A DNA stretch of 56,467 bases. It comes from a virus. Taxonomy: Duplodnaviria > Caudoviricetes. The stretch lies in IMG/VR virus record IMGVR_UViG_3300043464_000574, positions 1-56,467 of that record; one strand, given 5' to 3'. Positions within the stretch are counted from its first letter, which is position 1. The number at the start of each line of letters is the position of its first letter. The notes beneath the pieces are model-generated. The model was not told where the DNA came from, made no database searches, and worked only from the letters and a program-made list of their open reading frames with translations. Below, in pieces: positions 9,193-17,151 of the stretch. Both the position numbers and the translations under genes were made by a program.

Positions 9193-9414
9193 ATGGTTCG
9201 TTTTTACATTGGCGAGTTCCACCGGGTCGAATCCGGTTTCGCATTCAACCGCGATGGATCACCCCGTGACGCTATCGTGTTTTCCAATCTTGAGGCGGTA
9301 CTGGGTGCGGAGGGCGACGATATCGAACACCTCGACGCAATGCTCCGCGCTGCTAATCGCGAGTTCGCCCGTAGCGACGATGGCTCTGTGGAAATCACGC
9401 TGCGGCTCAACTAG
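9193..9414 (+). CDS. Early hypothetical protein
   Basis: 73 aa, AGGAG RBS; the TAG stop overlaps the first G of hammerhead 2. Confidence 0.75.
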   Translation: MVRFYIGEFHRVESGFAFNRDGSPRDAIVFSNLEAVLGAEGDDIEHLDAMLRAANREFARSDDGSVEITLRLN

Positions 9415-9492
9415 GTCGAAACATCCCGCGCCTTCGGGCTTGATCGCCAACAGGCCGGGATGTCGTGCCGTGATGCGGCATCTGACGAGACC
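9414..9492 (+). ncRNA. Hammerhead ribozyme, type II (HHR2)
   Basis: GGTC-GAAA-CATCCCG(27-nt insert with a GCC-TTCG-GGC hairpin)CGGGATG-TC^-GTGCCG(TGATG)CGGCAT-CTGACGA-GACC; predicted cleavage after C9464; loop TGAT can pair with the downstream GTCA. Confidence 0.92.
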
Positions 9493-9509
9493 GTCACCGT
9501 TTACACAAG

Positions 9510-9539
9510 TTGACTGCGACACAACGCAGCGTTTATACT
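9510..9539 (+). promoter_or_regulatory. Sigma70-like promoter
   Basis: TTGACT-18 nt-TATACT, followed by TCGCAACA...AACAGGAGA. Confidence 0.75.
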
Positions 9540-9565
9540 TCGCAACATTGCAACAGGAGATCACC

Positions 9566-10171
9566 ATGTTCACAGAACGTGAAACGTACCTCGCCGCCGC
9601 AGCCGTCGCGCTTCAGCACGAGGTGTTCCCCGCCGCCAACATCGCCGCTGCCGATTGGTCGCAGCGCAAGTATCGGGTCGCCTGCGGGTTCCCGATTGGC
9701 TATCGCGGGAGCCGTACCGGCAAGGTCACCTTGGGCCAAGCCTTCGACCCGTCGATCAGCGCCGATGGCACTTTCGAGGTGTTCATCAACCCGATCCTCG
9801 ACAAGCCGCTCGACGTTGTCGCGGTTCTCGCCCATGAGTTGGCGCATGTCTGGGCCGGTATCCAATGCGGTCACCGTGGCGAGTTTGCTCGTATCTCCCG
9901 CGCCATTGGCCTTGAAGGCCCGTTGACCTCGACCATCCCCGGTGTCGAGTTGCGCGGCAAGTTGGAGGGCATCGTCGGCATGTTGGGTGCCTACCCTCAT
10001 GCGAAGGTTGACCCGAATGCCCGCAAAAAGCAGGGGACGCGCCTGCTCAAGTTGCAGTGCAGCGACTGCGGGTGGACGGCTCGTGTCTCTGCCTTGCAGG
10101 GCAATCGTTTACACGCCGCGTCGCCGTGTCCGGTTTGTATTTCTGTTGGATCACTCAACGTGGAGGTTTGA
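9566..10171 (+). CDS. SprT-like zinc metalloprotease with a C-terminal zinc ribbon
   Basis: HELAH zincin motif plus downstream H (GHRGEF), CSDCGW...CPVC; AGGAG RBS before ATG 9566. Confidence 0.8.
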   Translation: MFTERETYLAAAAVALQHEVFPAANIAAADWSQRKYRVACGFPIGYRGSRTGKVTLGQAFDPSISADGTFEVFINPILDKPLDVVAVLAHELAHVWAGIQCGHRGEFARISRAIGLEGPLTSTIPGVELRGKLEGIVGMLGAYPHAKVDPNARKKQGTRLLKLQCSDCGWTARVSALQGNRLHAASPCPVCISVGSLNVEV

Positions 10172-10173
10172 TC

Positions 10174-11223
10174 ATGGCAACTCAATCGACCTACGTTCAT
10201 CAGCCCCGTCACAAGCATGAGGGCGAACGCACCACCTTCTCGCTGCCGCTGTCAGACAGCGACCGCTCGTACCTCAAGATGCACGCCGTGCGGCAGGGCA
10301 AATCGCCCAACGCGCCGGACGATGTCCTGCTCTCCATCTGGAACGGGGTCGATCCGGCCCCGGTTCGTGCGGAACTGGACTGGGCGACCATCGATGGCAT
10401 TCGCAAGGACGCTATCGCTGCCGCTGTCGCTGCGGTAGAGCAGCACCGCCCCGTGCGGATTGAAATCAAGCAGGGCGCACAAATTCGCACCCTCCCCGAT
10501 GGTCACCGTCACCCGGTCTTCGGTGATGTCCTCGCGGCCCTCTCCGTTCGCGAGAACGTGTACTTGGTTGGCCCTGCCGGTTCCGGCAAGACGACCATCG
10601 CCGCACAGGCTGCTGACGCACTGGGTCTGCCGTTCTACAGCACGGGCGCTGTCGGCATGGCGTACCAGTTGCAGGGATTCATCAACGCCGAAGGCAAGTA
10701 CATGGAGACCGACCTCTACCGTGCGTATGTCGGCGGGGGCGTGTTCCTCTTCGATGAAATCGATGCATCGTCGGCGCAGGCATTGCTTGCCTTCAACGCA
10801 ATCGCCGCGAACGACCTCGCTGCCTTCCCGTGCGGCACGGTTAAACGCCACGCTGACTTCGTGATCATTGCCGCTGCGAACACTTGGGGCAGCGGTGCTG
10901 ACGCGCAGTATGTGGGCCGCGCTCAACTCGACGCAGCCACGCTCGACCGGTTCGCGTTCATCAGCATGGACTATGACGAGCGTCTGGAACTCGCGATCAG
11001 CAGCAACGATGAGTGGACGCGCTATGTCCAAGCATTCCGTCGCATCACCCGCCAGTTGAAGATTCGCGCAGTGGTTTCACCTCGCGCATCGATCAAGGGC
11101 GGCAAGTTACTGAGCGCGGGTCTGTCATGGAATCGCGTCGAAGAGATGCTGCTCATTCGCGGACTGTCGGCCAATGAGGTCGAACAGGTTCGCGCTCAAT
11201 TGCCACAGAGGAAAGTCGCATGA
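10174..11223 (+). CDS. MoxR/CbbQ-like AAA+ ATPase
   Basis: Walker A GPAGSGKT, Walker B FLFDEID, AAANT.G.G, LDAATLDRF, VVSPRAS. Confidence 0.9.
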   Translation: MATQSTYVHQPRHKHEGERTTFSLPLSDSDRSYLKMHAVRQGKSPNAPDDVLLSIWNGVDPAPVRAELDWATIDGIRKDAIAAAVAAVEQHRPVRIEIKQGAQIRTLPDGHRHPVFGDVLAALSVRENVYLVGPAGSGKTTIAAQAADALGLPFYSTGAVGMAYQLQGFINAEGKYMETDLYRAYVGGGVFLFDEIDASSAQALLAFNAIAANDLAAFPCGTVKRHADFVIIAAANTWGSGADAQYVGRAQLDAATLDRFAFISMDYDERLELAISSNDEWTRYVQAFRRITRQLKIRAVVSPRASIKGGKLLSAGLSWNRVEEMLLIRGLSANEVEQVRAQLPQRKVA

Positions 11224-11999
11224 TCTACCGATACAACGCCGACTCATGGGATGAGTTTTTGACCGACCTTCGCAACCGTCCGATTCATTGGTGCGATGAG
11301 GGTTCAGAAGCCACCGGCACTGCGTCATGGTCTGGCTGCGATTCATGGTCTGAAGCCCTCGACTACGCAGTCAAGGGCCACGCCGCTGCCCGTGCTGCCA
11401 TCGATTCGGTCACGCTCAAGGTGACCTCTGCTCTAGAACCTCTCTGGGACGTTGCCCCAGTCGGTGCGTTCCCGTGCATCCCGGCTTATGCCGCAGGGGT
11501 TCCCGAAGACATGTTCGTCCAGTCCGAAGATGCCCCGCCGGTCTCGCAGCCCATCGTGCGGATCGCGGTCAACATGTCTGCGAGTGCCGGTGTCGATGCA
11601 GAACACATCATCAATCGCGGTGCTGCGATTGTGACTCTGATCGACCGCATCCAACTCAGTGGCCGTCGAGTGGAACTGATCGCGATCAAGCATGGGTACT
11701 CGCGCAATGACAAGTTCGTCTGGAGCGTGACGGTTAAACGCCCGGAAGAGCCGGTCAACATGGATCGAATCGGTCTGGCATTCGCCACGCCGATCATGCT
11801 CCGCCGGTACTTCTTTCGGGTGATGGAGTTCACCGTGCCGCACCATGTCCACGGGTATGGCAACTCGACTCACCTCGCGGATGAGTGCAACAAGTTCCAC
11901 CTCACGATCCCGCTGATCAATAGCCACGACTACGCAACGCCAGACCGTGCGAACCGTACCGTGCAGCAACTCTGGGAGAAGGCGGCACTTGCCGCCTGA
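11220..11999 (+). CDS. VWA-like partner of the MoxR-type ATPase
   Basis: ATGA-coupled to the AAA gene; degenerate MIDAS-like VNMSASAG strand; MoxR ATPases typically pair with VWA proteins. Confidence 0.6.
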   Translation: MIYRYNADSWDEFLTDLRNRPIHWCDEGSEATGTASWSGCDSWSEALDYAVKGHAAARAAIDSVTLKVTSALEPLWDVAPVGAFPCIPAYAAGVPEDMFVQSEDAPPVSQPIVRIAVNMSASAGVDAEHIINRGAAIVTLIDRIQLSGRRVELIAIKHGYSRNDKFVWSVTVKRPEEPVNMDRIGLAFATPIMLRRYFFRVMEFTVPHHVHGYGNSTHLADECNKFHLTIPLINSHDYATPDRANRTVQQLWEKAALAA

Positions 12000-12018
12000 T
12001 CCTTGTTTCAAATACTTG

Positions 12019-12048
12019 TTGACAACTGAACAGCAGAACAACTAAACT
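12019..12048 (+). promoter_or_regulatory. Sigma70-like promoter
   Basis: TTGACA-18 nt-TAAACT, followed by TCGCAACA...AACAGGAGA (same layout as 9510). Confidence 0.75.
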
Positions 12049-12074
12049 TCGCAACATCAAACAGGAGAACAGAC

Positions 12075-12737
12075 ATGGCACAGATCAACATCCCGTCGAT
12101 CAACATCAACACCCCGATCCCCTACACCCTCCAATTGCGAGGCTCCGGGCAACCCTTGGAGGGACTTCGTGTCCCCACTTGGAGTCAGTTGGCTTTTGTG
12201 AAGATCACCGAAAACTATCAAAGGTGGTCTGGTGGTGTGGGCGAAGTGATTGGCTACAACGTGACGACCATAGGACTCTCGCCGCAGACCAAGCGTCAGA
12301 AAGAATTCCTTTTGAGAGAACGTGCCGACATGGTGAAGTTTGTCAACGATTGGATTGCCAGAACCGTGGCGGCGGGACTCAAGAAGATGGCTGAAGACCA
12401 AGCAGACCGGAACGAGATCGAACGTCAGCGTAACGAGCGCATCGCCAAGCAGATCGAGACTGCGGGTGGTGTCGAGGCACGGCGACAGGAGATCGTGCGA
12501 GACGGCTATGAACTCGCCGCGAAGGATGCCATGCAATACGAGTCCGCTGAATTCTATGCGGCCATCATCGCTGCGCTCACACACTCAACGCCCATCGTCC
12601 TCGACGAGAAGGTACGCGACAGAATCCTTGCGAAGTACGAGAGCAGTAAAACGAATTGGGGCGTGAGTCGTTACATCGACGACCGAACGCAAGAGTTGGA
12701 CGAATACTTGGGCAACACCAAGACGGAGGCCGCATGA
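12075..12737 (+). CDS. Hypothetical protein
   Basis: 220 aa, AGGAG RBS, central coiled coil. Confidence 0.75.
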   Translation: MAQINIPSININTPIPYTLQLRGSGQPLEGLRVPTWSQLAFVKITENYQRWSGGVGEVIGYNVTTIGLSPQTKRQKEFLLRERADMVKFVNDWIARTVAAGLKKMAEDQADRNEIERQRNERIAKQIETAGGVEARRQEIVRDGYELAAKDAMQYESAEFYAAIIAALTHSTPIVLDEKVRDRILAKYESSKTNWGVSRYIDDRTQELDEYLGNTKTEAA

Positions 12738-12943
12738 ACCAGAAAATTCCAGTGCTTCTGACACAACAGCAGATCGAATTCATCATGACCGTCGCGCACT
12801 CGAAAGAAAAAGAGGCGCGTAAACTTGATCGCCCAGAGGCTGCACGATTCTTCCTCGACCTCTGGGAATCTCTGGATGCAGCAGAGCAGGATGCCGCAGC
12901 AGAGCGCGAGGTCGAACTCAACTACGAGCGAGGTGCAGCATGA
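12734..12943 (+). CDS. Hypothetical protein
   Basis: GGAGG RBS, ATGA coupling, MNQKIPVLL... 69 aa. Confidence 0.7.
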   Translation: MNQKIPVLLTQQQIEFIMTVAHSKEKEARKLDRPEAARFFLDLWESLDAAEQDAAAEREVELNYERGAA

Positions 12944-13116
12944 ACTACCAATTCAATATCGGTGATCAAGTGATGTGGCGTGGCAGTTGGGGGACTCGCG
13001 CCCCTGCACCTGCGAAGGTCATTGATCTAGGCGAGAAGAACGGTGAGCCGGTCTATGACTTGGACAATGGTCACTGGGCATACGAGCATCAACTTCAGCA
13101 GATGGAGGCCGCATGA
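12940..13116 (+). CDS. 58-aa protein, SH3/KOW-like beta pattern
   Basis: MNYQFNIGDQVMWRGSWG...VYDLDNGHWAYEHQL; GAGG RBS, ATGA coupling at both ends. Confidence 0.7.
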   Translation: MNYQFNIGDQVMWRGSWGTRAPAPAKVIDLGEKNGEPVYDLDNGHWAYEHQLQQMEAA

Positions 13117-13217
13117 CTTGGGAATTCTTTTGGTTTGTCCTGCCGCGCATTTGGTTGGCGACTGTGATGTTTGTCGCCGCTTACCTTTTGGCAACACGGG
13201 AGATCGAACATGACTGA
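13113..13217 (+). CDS. 34-aa single-TM microprotein
   Basis: GGAGG RBS; MTWEFFWFVLPRIWLATVMFVAAYLLATREIEHD. Confidence 0.55.
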   Translation: MTWEFFWFVLPRIWLATVMFVAAYLLATREIEHD

Positions 13218-13407
13218 TCCCTACGTCGAGCAATTGGATGCGGAGTACCGCATGTTGAAGGCTGAGTTGGAACGCGAGGTCAACGCCTTCGACTTGCTAC
13301 GCAAGCAGCATACATCCCGCACCAACAAACTCGCGGATGACATCACCCGCAAGTTCTTCGAACTGCAAACCGCTAGACTGGAGGCACGTCGCAATGAACG
13401 AGTCTGA
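13210..13407 (+). CDS. Small coiled-coil protein
   Basis: GGAG RBS, MTDPYVEQL... 65 aa. Confidence 0.65.
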   Translation: MTDPYVEQLDAEYRMLKAELEREVNAFDLLRKQHTSRTNKLADDITRKFFELQTARLEARRNERV

Positions 13408-13615
13408 TATTGATATGCTTGATCAGCAGATCCGCATGGCAACGATGGGCGCAGCGACCAATCAAGAACTGCGCGGCATCAACTTCCTGCTCCAGAAGAT
13501 TCTTCTGGGACAGGCGCAGATCAACGCACGATTGGATGACATACAGCGGACGATCAACCCACAGAAATGGGAGCGCGATCATCCCGAAGAAGACCTCACC
13601 GCAGACATGTTCTAG
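13394..13615 (+). CDS. Hypothetical protein
   Basis: GGAGG RBS, MNESDIDML... 73 aa. Confidence 0.65.
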   Translation: MNESDIDMLDQQIRMATMGAATNQELRGINFLLQKILLGQAQINARLDDIQRTINPQKWERDHPEEDLTADMF

Positions 13616-13625
13616 GAGTTTAAAC

Positions 13626-13952
13626 ATGAGCGAAAGAATGTTTTTGAATCCGATGGACGGAGAGATCTATCCCGAGTCGCACTACCACCGGGAGAACATC
13701 GACCTCTCTTGTGTGATCGAAGCGTATGAAATGCATGGCGGCATTGCGTTTGATATTCGACCGGAGTGCATCGAACGCATGGAGTTCAAGGACGTACATG
13801 TCATTGCCTTGATCGCAGAGTTCACATCCCACCTAGCCCATCATGCGATGGAGAGTGACGACCCAGAGGAGGCAGAACGATGCGCGTCAATCGCGGCCTA
13901 TGTGTCACGGATCATGATGGAGAAACTGGGCAAGCCCATCCCGAGGCATTGA
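13626..13952 (+). CDS. Hypothetical protein
   Basis: AGGAGTTTAAACATG start, 108 aa. Confidence 0.7.
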   Translation: MSERMFLNPMDGEIYPESHYHRENIDLSCVIEAYEMHGGIAFDIRPECIERMEFKDVHVIALIAEFTSHLAHHAMESDDPEEAERCASIAAYVSRIMMEKLGKPIPRH

Positions 13953-14116
13953 CCTTCAACGATTCGGACGGGAACCCCATGGTCTGGGTGTTCCCATGTC
14001 CGGGTCGGATCTGGAAAGATCGATGGGTCGCATTCACCAACGGGGAACTGTTTAAATACTGGAAAGGTTCTCGACAAGAATGCATTGACTGGGCAGCGAA
14101 TTACTTGAAAGCCTGA
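13949..14116 (+). CDS. Small Trp-rich hypothetical protein
   Basis: GAGG plus a TTG start overlapping the upstream stop; ends just before the terminator. Confidence 0.5.
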   Translation: MTFNDSDGNPMVWVFPCPGRIWKDRWVAFTNGELFKYWKGSRQECIDWAANYLKA

Positions 14117-14119
14117 GAG

Positions 14120-14156
14120 AACCCCGGCACCTGTCACAGGGTGTCGGGGTTTTTTC
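14120..14156 (+). terminator. Intrinsic terminator at the end of the early operon
   Basis: AACCCCGGCACC-loop-GGTGTCGGGGTT followed by a T-run; lies between convergent genes. Confidence 0.85.
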
Positions 14157-14158
14157 GT

Positions 14159-15856
14159 TTATAGATCCGGCCATTCCTCAGCCTGCGGAATGTAGACCTT
14201 GTCTGAGTACCGACCTGTCGGTAGGTCATAGTTCAGTTCGACATCACCAATCGCGCCGACCCATTTAAACCGGCTCTTCCAGACATGCACCTTGGTCTGG
14301 TTCCCCGCACGGCCTACGGTCACGCCCATGTCCGCCTTCGCGAACCATGCCGCGCTGCCACTGATGTGCTGCCCCTTCGGAACCCCGTCATCTGGGATGT
14401 GCTTGGCAGGATGAGCAACGAACCAGACATGCAGTTCATGGGACTTACAGAATAGGACGATGTCCGTCAGCATCTTGCTGATCGCTTGGTGTTCTGAGTC
14501 GCCCGGCATCTCAAGGTAGTTGTAGGGGTCGATGATCAGACCCCGAACGCCCATCCTCATGACCGCTTGCTTGGTTCTATCGATGATCGACTGAACCGTA
14601 CTGGGCGCACCGTCATGGCTCTGGAGAAACACGAAGTGCTGATTGAGGAATGCGAGTGCGTAGTCGCGCTCGTCACTGGTCATCCTCTCATCACCGAAGA
14701 AGGGCTTCCCAATCACCTTCTCTGCCAACTTGGCAATGTGCATGTGCGGTGGGTTCTCGAAACTCGCCACCGCGAATCGCCATCCCTTTTGCATGGCAAT
14801 ATTGACGCATATTTGGTCGATCAATTCGCTCTTCCCTGATCCCGGTAGCCCTGTCACCACCGACAACTGACCGGGGAGGATGGTGTAGAGGCAGTCGAGG
14901 GTCACAAGTCCCGTGCTTGCACCCTTAACCACCCCGGAGTCGTACAGAGAGACGATCTGAGCCTCGAAATCCTCTGGTAGGTACACGCCCTCCAGTGGGA
15001 GGGGTTTGGAGGCTGCTAAAGCCTCTCGCAAGGCGTCACTGCCGAACTTCTGGAGGGTTTCGTTCGCATCCTTGGCAGGGAGTGAGGCCACCCAACACTT
15101 CGCCCGTCCGATGCGACGTGCCAGTTCCTCGACGAGGGCCTGACCGGGTTCGTCGTTGTCGGGGAAGAACACCACCCGCTCGACGGACTCAATCAACTTC
15201 CGGGCTTCCCAGACATACGAGAACCGCCCGTCCATCTTCGGATCGACCTTGCCATCCGAAACTTTCGCGGGCGCACCATTCGGGACTGACACCGCAGGGA
15301 TACCCGCCGCTGCCAAGGCGAGGACATCCATCTCCCCCTCGCAGATCACCAATTCCTTCAGGCCCTGAGGTAACTGGTTTAAACCGAAGAACGAACGTGC
15401 TGCACCCTGCTGAGTGAACTCCTTCTCGCCCGTGCTTCGCCACTTGATCGCTTCGGGATGCTTCGGATCTCCGTAAACGAATCCGATGGCGGGAGTCTTC
15501 CCTACCCCTGCGAAGTACTTCTCGGAACCGACCAAGGGGAACTGGGTAGCAATGGCCGGATGGATACCGCGTTTAACCAGAAACTCTGTGACGATATCGG
15601 GGACATGCTCTGTCGGTGGATCGACAGGCTTTGGGGGTTTGCTGATCGGTTGAACGTAAGGTTGTGTGGGCTGCATAAGTTTTTCCTTTCGAACTGCACC
15701 ACGGACTCCGCAGTGGAAGCATTGGTAGACAAGCCTGTCGAATTCAACGGTGATCGACATGGTCTTCTCATGGGATTTCTTGCGACCTTCTGAGCAGACT
15801 GGGCAGTGTATTCGCCCACTCTCCAGTTGGTGCTGTAAGACTTCTTCTAGATTCAT
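14159..15856 (-). CDS. Primase-helicase (T7 gp4/Twinkle-like)
   Basis: Zn finger CPVC...CFHC, TOPRIM ICEGEMD and DNDEPG, KDANE, SF4 helicase GLPGSGKS, IIDPYN, VAHP, ISGSAAW. Confidence 0.93.
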   Translation of the reverse strand: MNLEEVLQHQLESGRIHCPVCSEGRKKSHEKTMSITVEFDRLVYQCFHCGVRGAVRKEKLMQPTQPYVQPISKPPKPVDPPTEHVPDIVTEFLVKRGIHPAIATQFPLVGSEKYFAGVGKTPAIGFVYGDPKHPEAIKWRSTGEKEFTQQGAARSFFGLNQLPQGLKELVICEGEMDVLALAAAGIPAVSVPNGAPAKVSDGKVDPKMDGRFSYVWEARKLIESVERVVFFPDNDEPGQALVEELARRIGRAKCWVASLPAKDANETLQKFGSDALREALAASKPLPLEGVYLPEDFEAQIVSLYDSGVVKGASTGLVTLDCLYTILPGQLSVVTGLPGSGKSELIDQICVNIAMQKGWRFAVASFENPPHMHIAKLAEKVIGKPFFGDERMTSDERDYALAFLNQHFVFLQSHDGAPSTVQSIIDRTKQAVMRMGVRGLIIDPYNYLEMPGDSEHQAISKMLTDIVLFCKSHELHVWFVAHPAKHIPDDGVPKGQHISGSAAWFAKADMGVTVGRAGNQTKVHVWKSRFKWVGAIGDVELNYDLPTGRYSDKVYIPQAEEWPDL

Positions 15857-16144
15857 TCTGTCTCCTGTTCTCGCAACTCCCCCCTTTTCCGGGTGGCCGG
15901 GCTAACCCGGCTTGTCCGTACTCAGTGCGCCATGCATCTCAGCATGACTCTGGAACTGCTTTCAGGGGGATTACTCCATGCCCTACTCGCACAAGTCCAG
16001 ACCGGTTTGGCCGTAGCCACCCACCATGTTGTCAGGGGTAGACAGAGCATGGATTTACCTAGGCACTTTGGGGCGGGCAGGATGTTCCCCCTGCACTCAC
16101 TTACGGCTCGCCGGACCGGCGACCAAGGACACGGGGAAATAGGG

Positions 16145-16173
16145 TTGTGAACCCAAGAGAATCCAGATAGGAT
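16145..16173 (+). promoter_or_regulatory. Candidate sigma70 promoter for a short plus-strand RNA
   Basis: TTGTGA-17 nt-TAGGAT, about 60 nt upstream of a plus-strand terminator. Confidence 0.4.
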
Positions 16174-16202
16174 TCGTCCCATGTCTTTTGTGTCGCAACT
16201 CA

Positions 16203-16232
16203 AGACTACCGTCTCGCCCCTTTGACGGTCAA
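16203..16232 (-). promoter_or_regulatory. Sigma70-like promoter for the primase-helicase with a long leader
   Basis: Minus strand TTGACC-18 nt-TAGTCT, about 340 nt upstream of the primase ATG. Confidence 0.55.
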
Positions 16233-16265
16233 GCCCCGGAGGAGAAATCTTTCGGGGCTTTTTTA
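16231..16265 (+). terminator. Intrinsic terminator (plus-strand orientation)
   Basis: AAGCCCCGGAG-loop-TTTCGGGGCTT followed by TTTT. Confidence 0.75.
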
Positions 16266-16274
16266 TTCCAACAG

Positions 16275-16448
16275 AGTACGAAGTACGAATCGTTACGTTT
16301 CGGACATTTCGGACAGTTATTCCAGTAAAGAATCCGCACCTACGTCTTAGGGGTGGACCGGGTAGACCAGTGATTCTTATACGTAACGCGAGAGAGTCGC
16401 TGTACATACAAGAAGGTGAGAGATTCGCCGGTCTAGGGTGGTCTACCC
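16275..16448. repeat. Cluster of short direct and inverted repeats (candidate origin)
   Basis: AGTACGA x2, TTTCGGACA x2, GGGTAGACCA near 16360 inverted to TGGTCTACCC near 16439. Confidence 0.5.
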
Positions 16449-16865
16449 TGCTTGTCCATTCCAGTATTGATTCCATGCATCACTTGTTCTAGTGATCACA
16501 ATCTCTGTACGCGGATTCTCTTTGTCGAGTCCGTGATAGACATGCTTCTCTTTCACCTGTCTATCGTTCTCGTAGATGTTCCCTTGCATCGCATCAAGTA
16601 TCACTGACTCATCCAAGTCAGGTCTGCGTGATGCGTAGAAGATCCGTAGATGTACGGCAACGTCTCCCGTGATCAGCGGATTCAGTTTCGGACACTGCCA
16701 CTGAAAGTCTTTCAGATACGCACGAGCCTTCGCTGACTTGATGAATGCGGGTCGTCCGTTTAAATGCACCAGTTGCCTGCTGTTTGCTTTGCTCGCAGGT
16801 TCCCCTAAAACAATGAACTCAACAATCGGTAATCCTGTTGACTTGTTATCTATTAATATGTTCAC
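16443..16865 (-). CDS. rusA: RusA-like Holliday junction resolvase
   Basis: GEPASKAN, RRPDLD...ILDAMQG..YENDRQV, NPRTEI motifs. Confidence 0.85.
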   Translation of the reverse strand: MNILIDNKSTGLPIVEFIVLGEPASKANSRQLVHLNGRPAFIKSAKARAYLKDFQWQCPKLNPLITGDVAVHLRIFYASRRPDLDESVILDAMQGNIYENDRQVKEKHVYHGLDKENPRTEIVITRTSDAWNQYWNGQAG

Positions 16866-16894
16866 ATAGTCACCTGTTTCAATTGGAGGAACTC

Positions 16895-17140
16895 ATGAAG
16901 ATAGACAGAAATGTTCCACTGCCTGATCGAATCGCAAAGCGATTTCGTATCGGGCCATTGCCACTCGCTGAGATGAATGTCGGTGATAGTTTTGTCATTG
17001 AGATCGATGCAGATGATGCAGAGTTGTCACGCATCCTGCACTCACTGCGAGTAAGGCTGAATAGGTTCACTCAAAAGAACCCGAAGTTCAAGTTCAGTTC
17101 TAGTAAAGATAAGAAGGGACTGAGAGTCTGGCGCGTCTAA
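16895..17140 (+). CDS. Small putative DNA-binding protein
   Basis: GGAGG RBS; IDRNVPLP, MNVGDSF and GLRVWRV motifs common in phage proteins. Confidence 0.7.
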   Translation: MKIDRNVPLPDRIAKRFRIGPLPLAEMNVGDSFVIEIDADDAELSRILHSLRVRLNRFTQKNPKFKFSSSKDKKGLRVWRV

Positions 17141-17151
17141 CAGGAGAGAGC

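Noticed and set aside
9086-9565. N-terminal extension of the SprT-like ORF given in the track
   Set aside because: It overlaps two real genes, HHR2 and a promoter; the RBS-supported start is 9566.
15922-16476. 184-aa minus-strand ORF between rusA and primase
   Set aside because: It runs through a terminator, promoters and repeats, has no clear RBS or recognisable motif; better explained as non-coding regulatory DNA.
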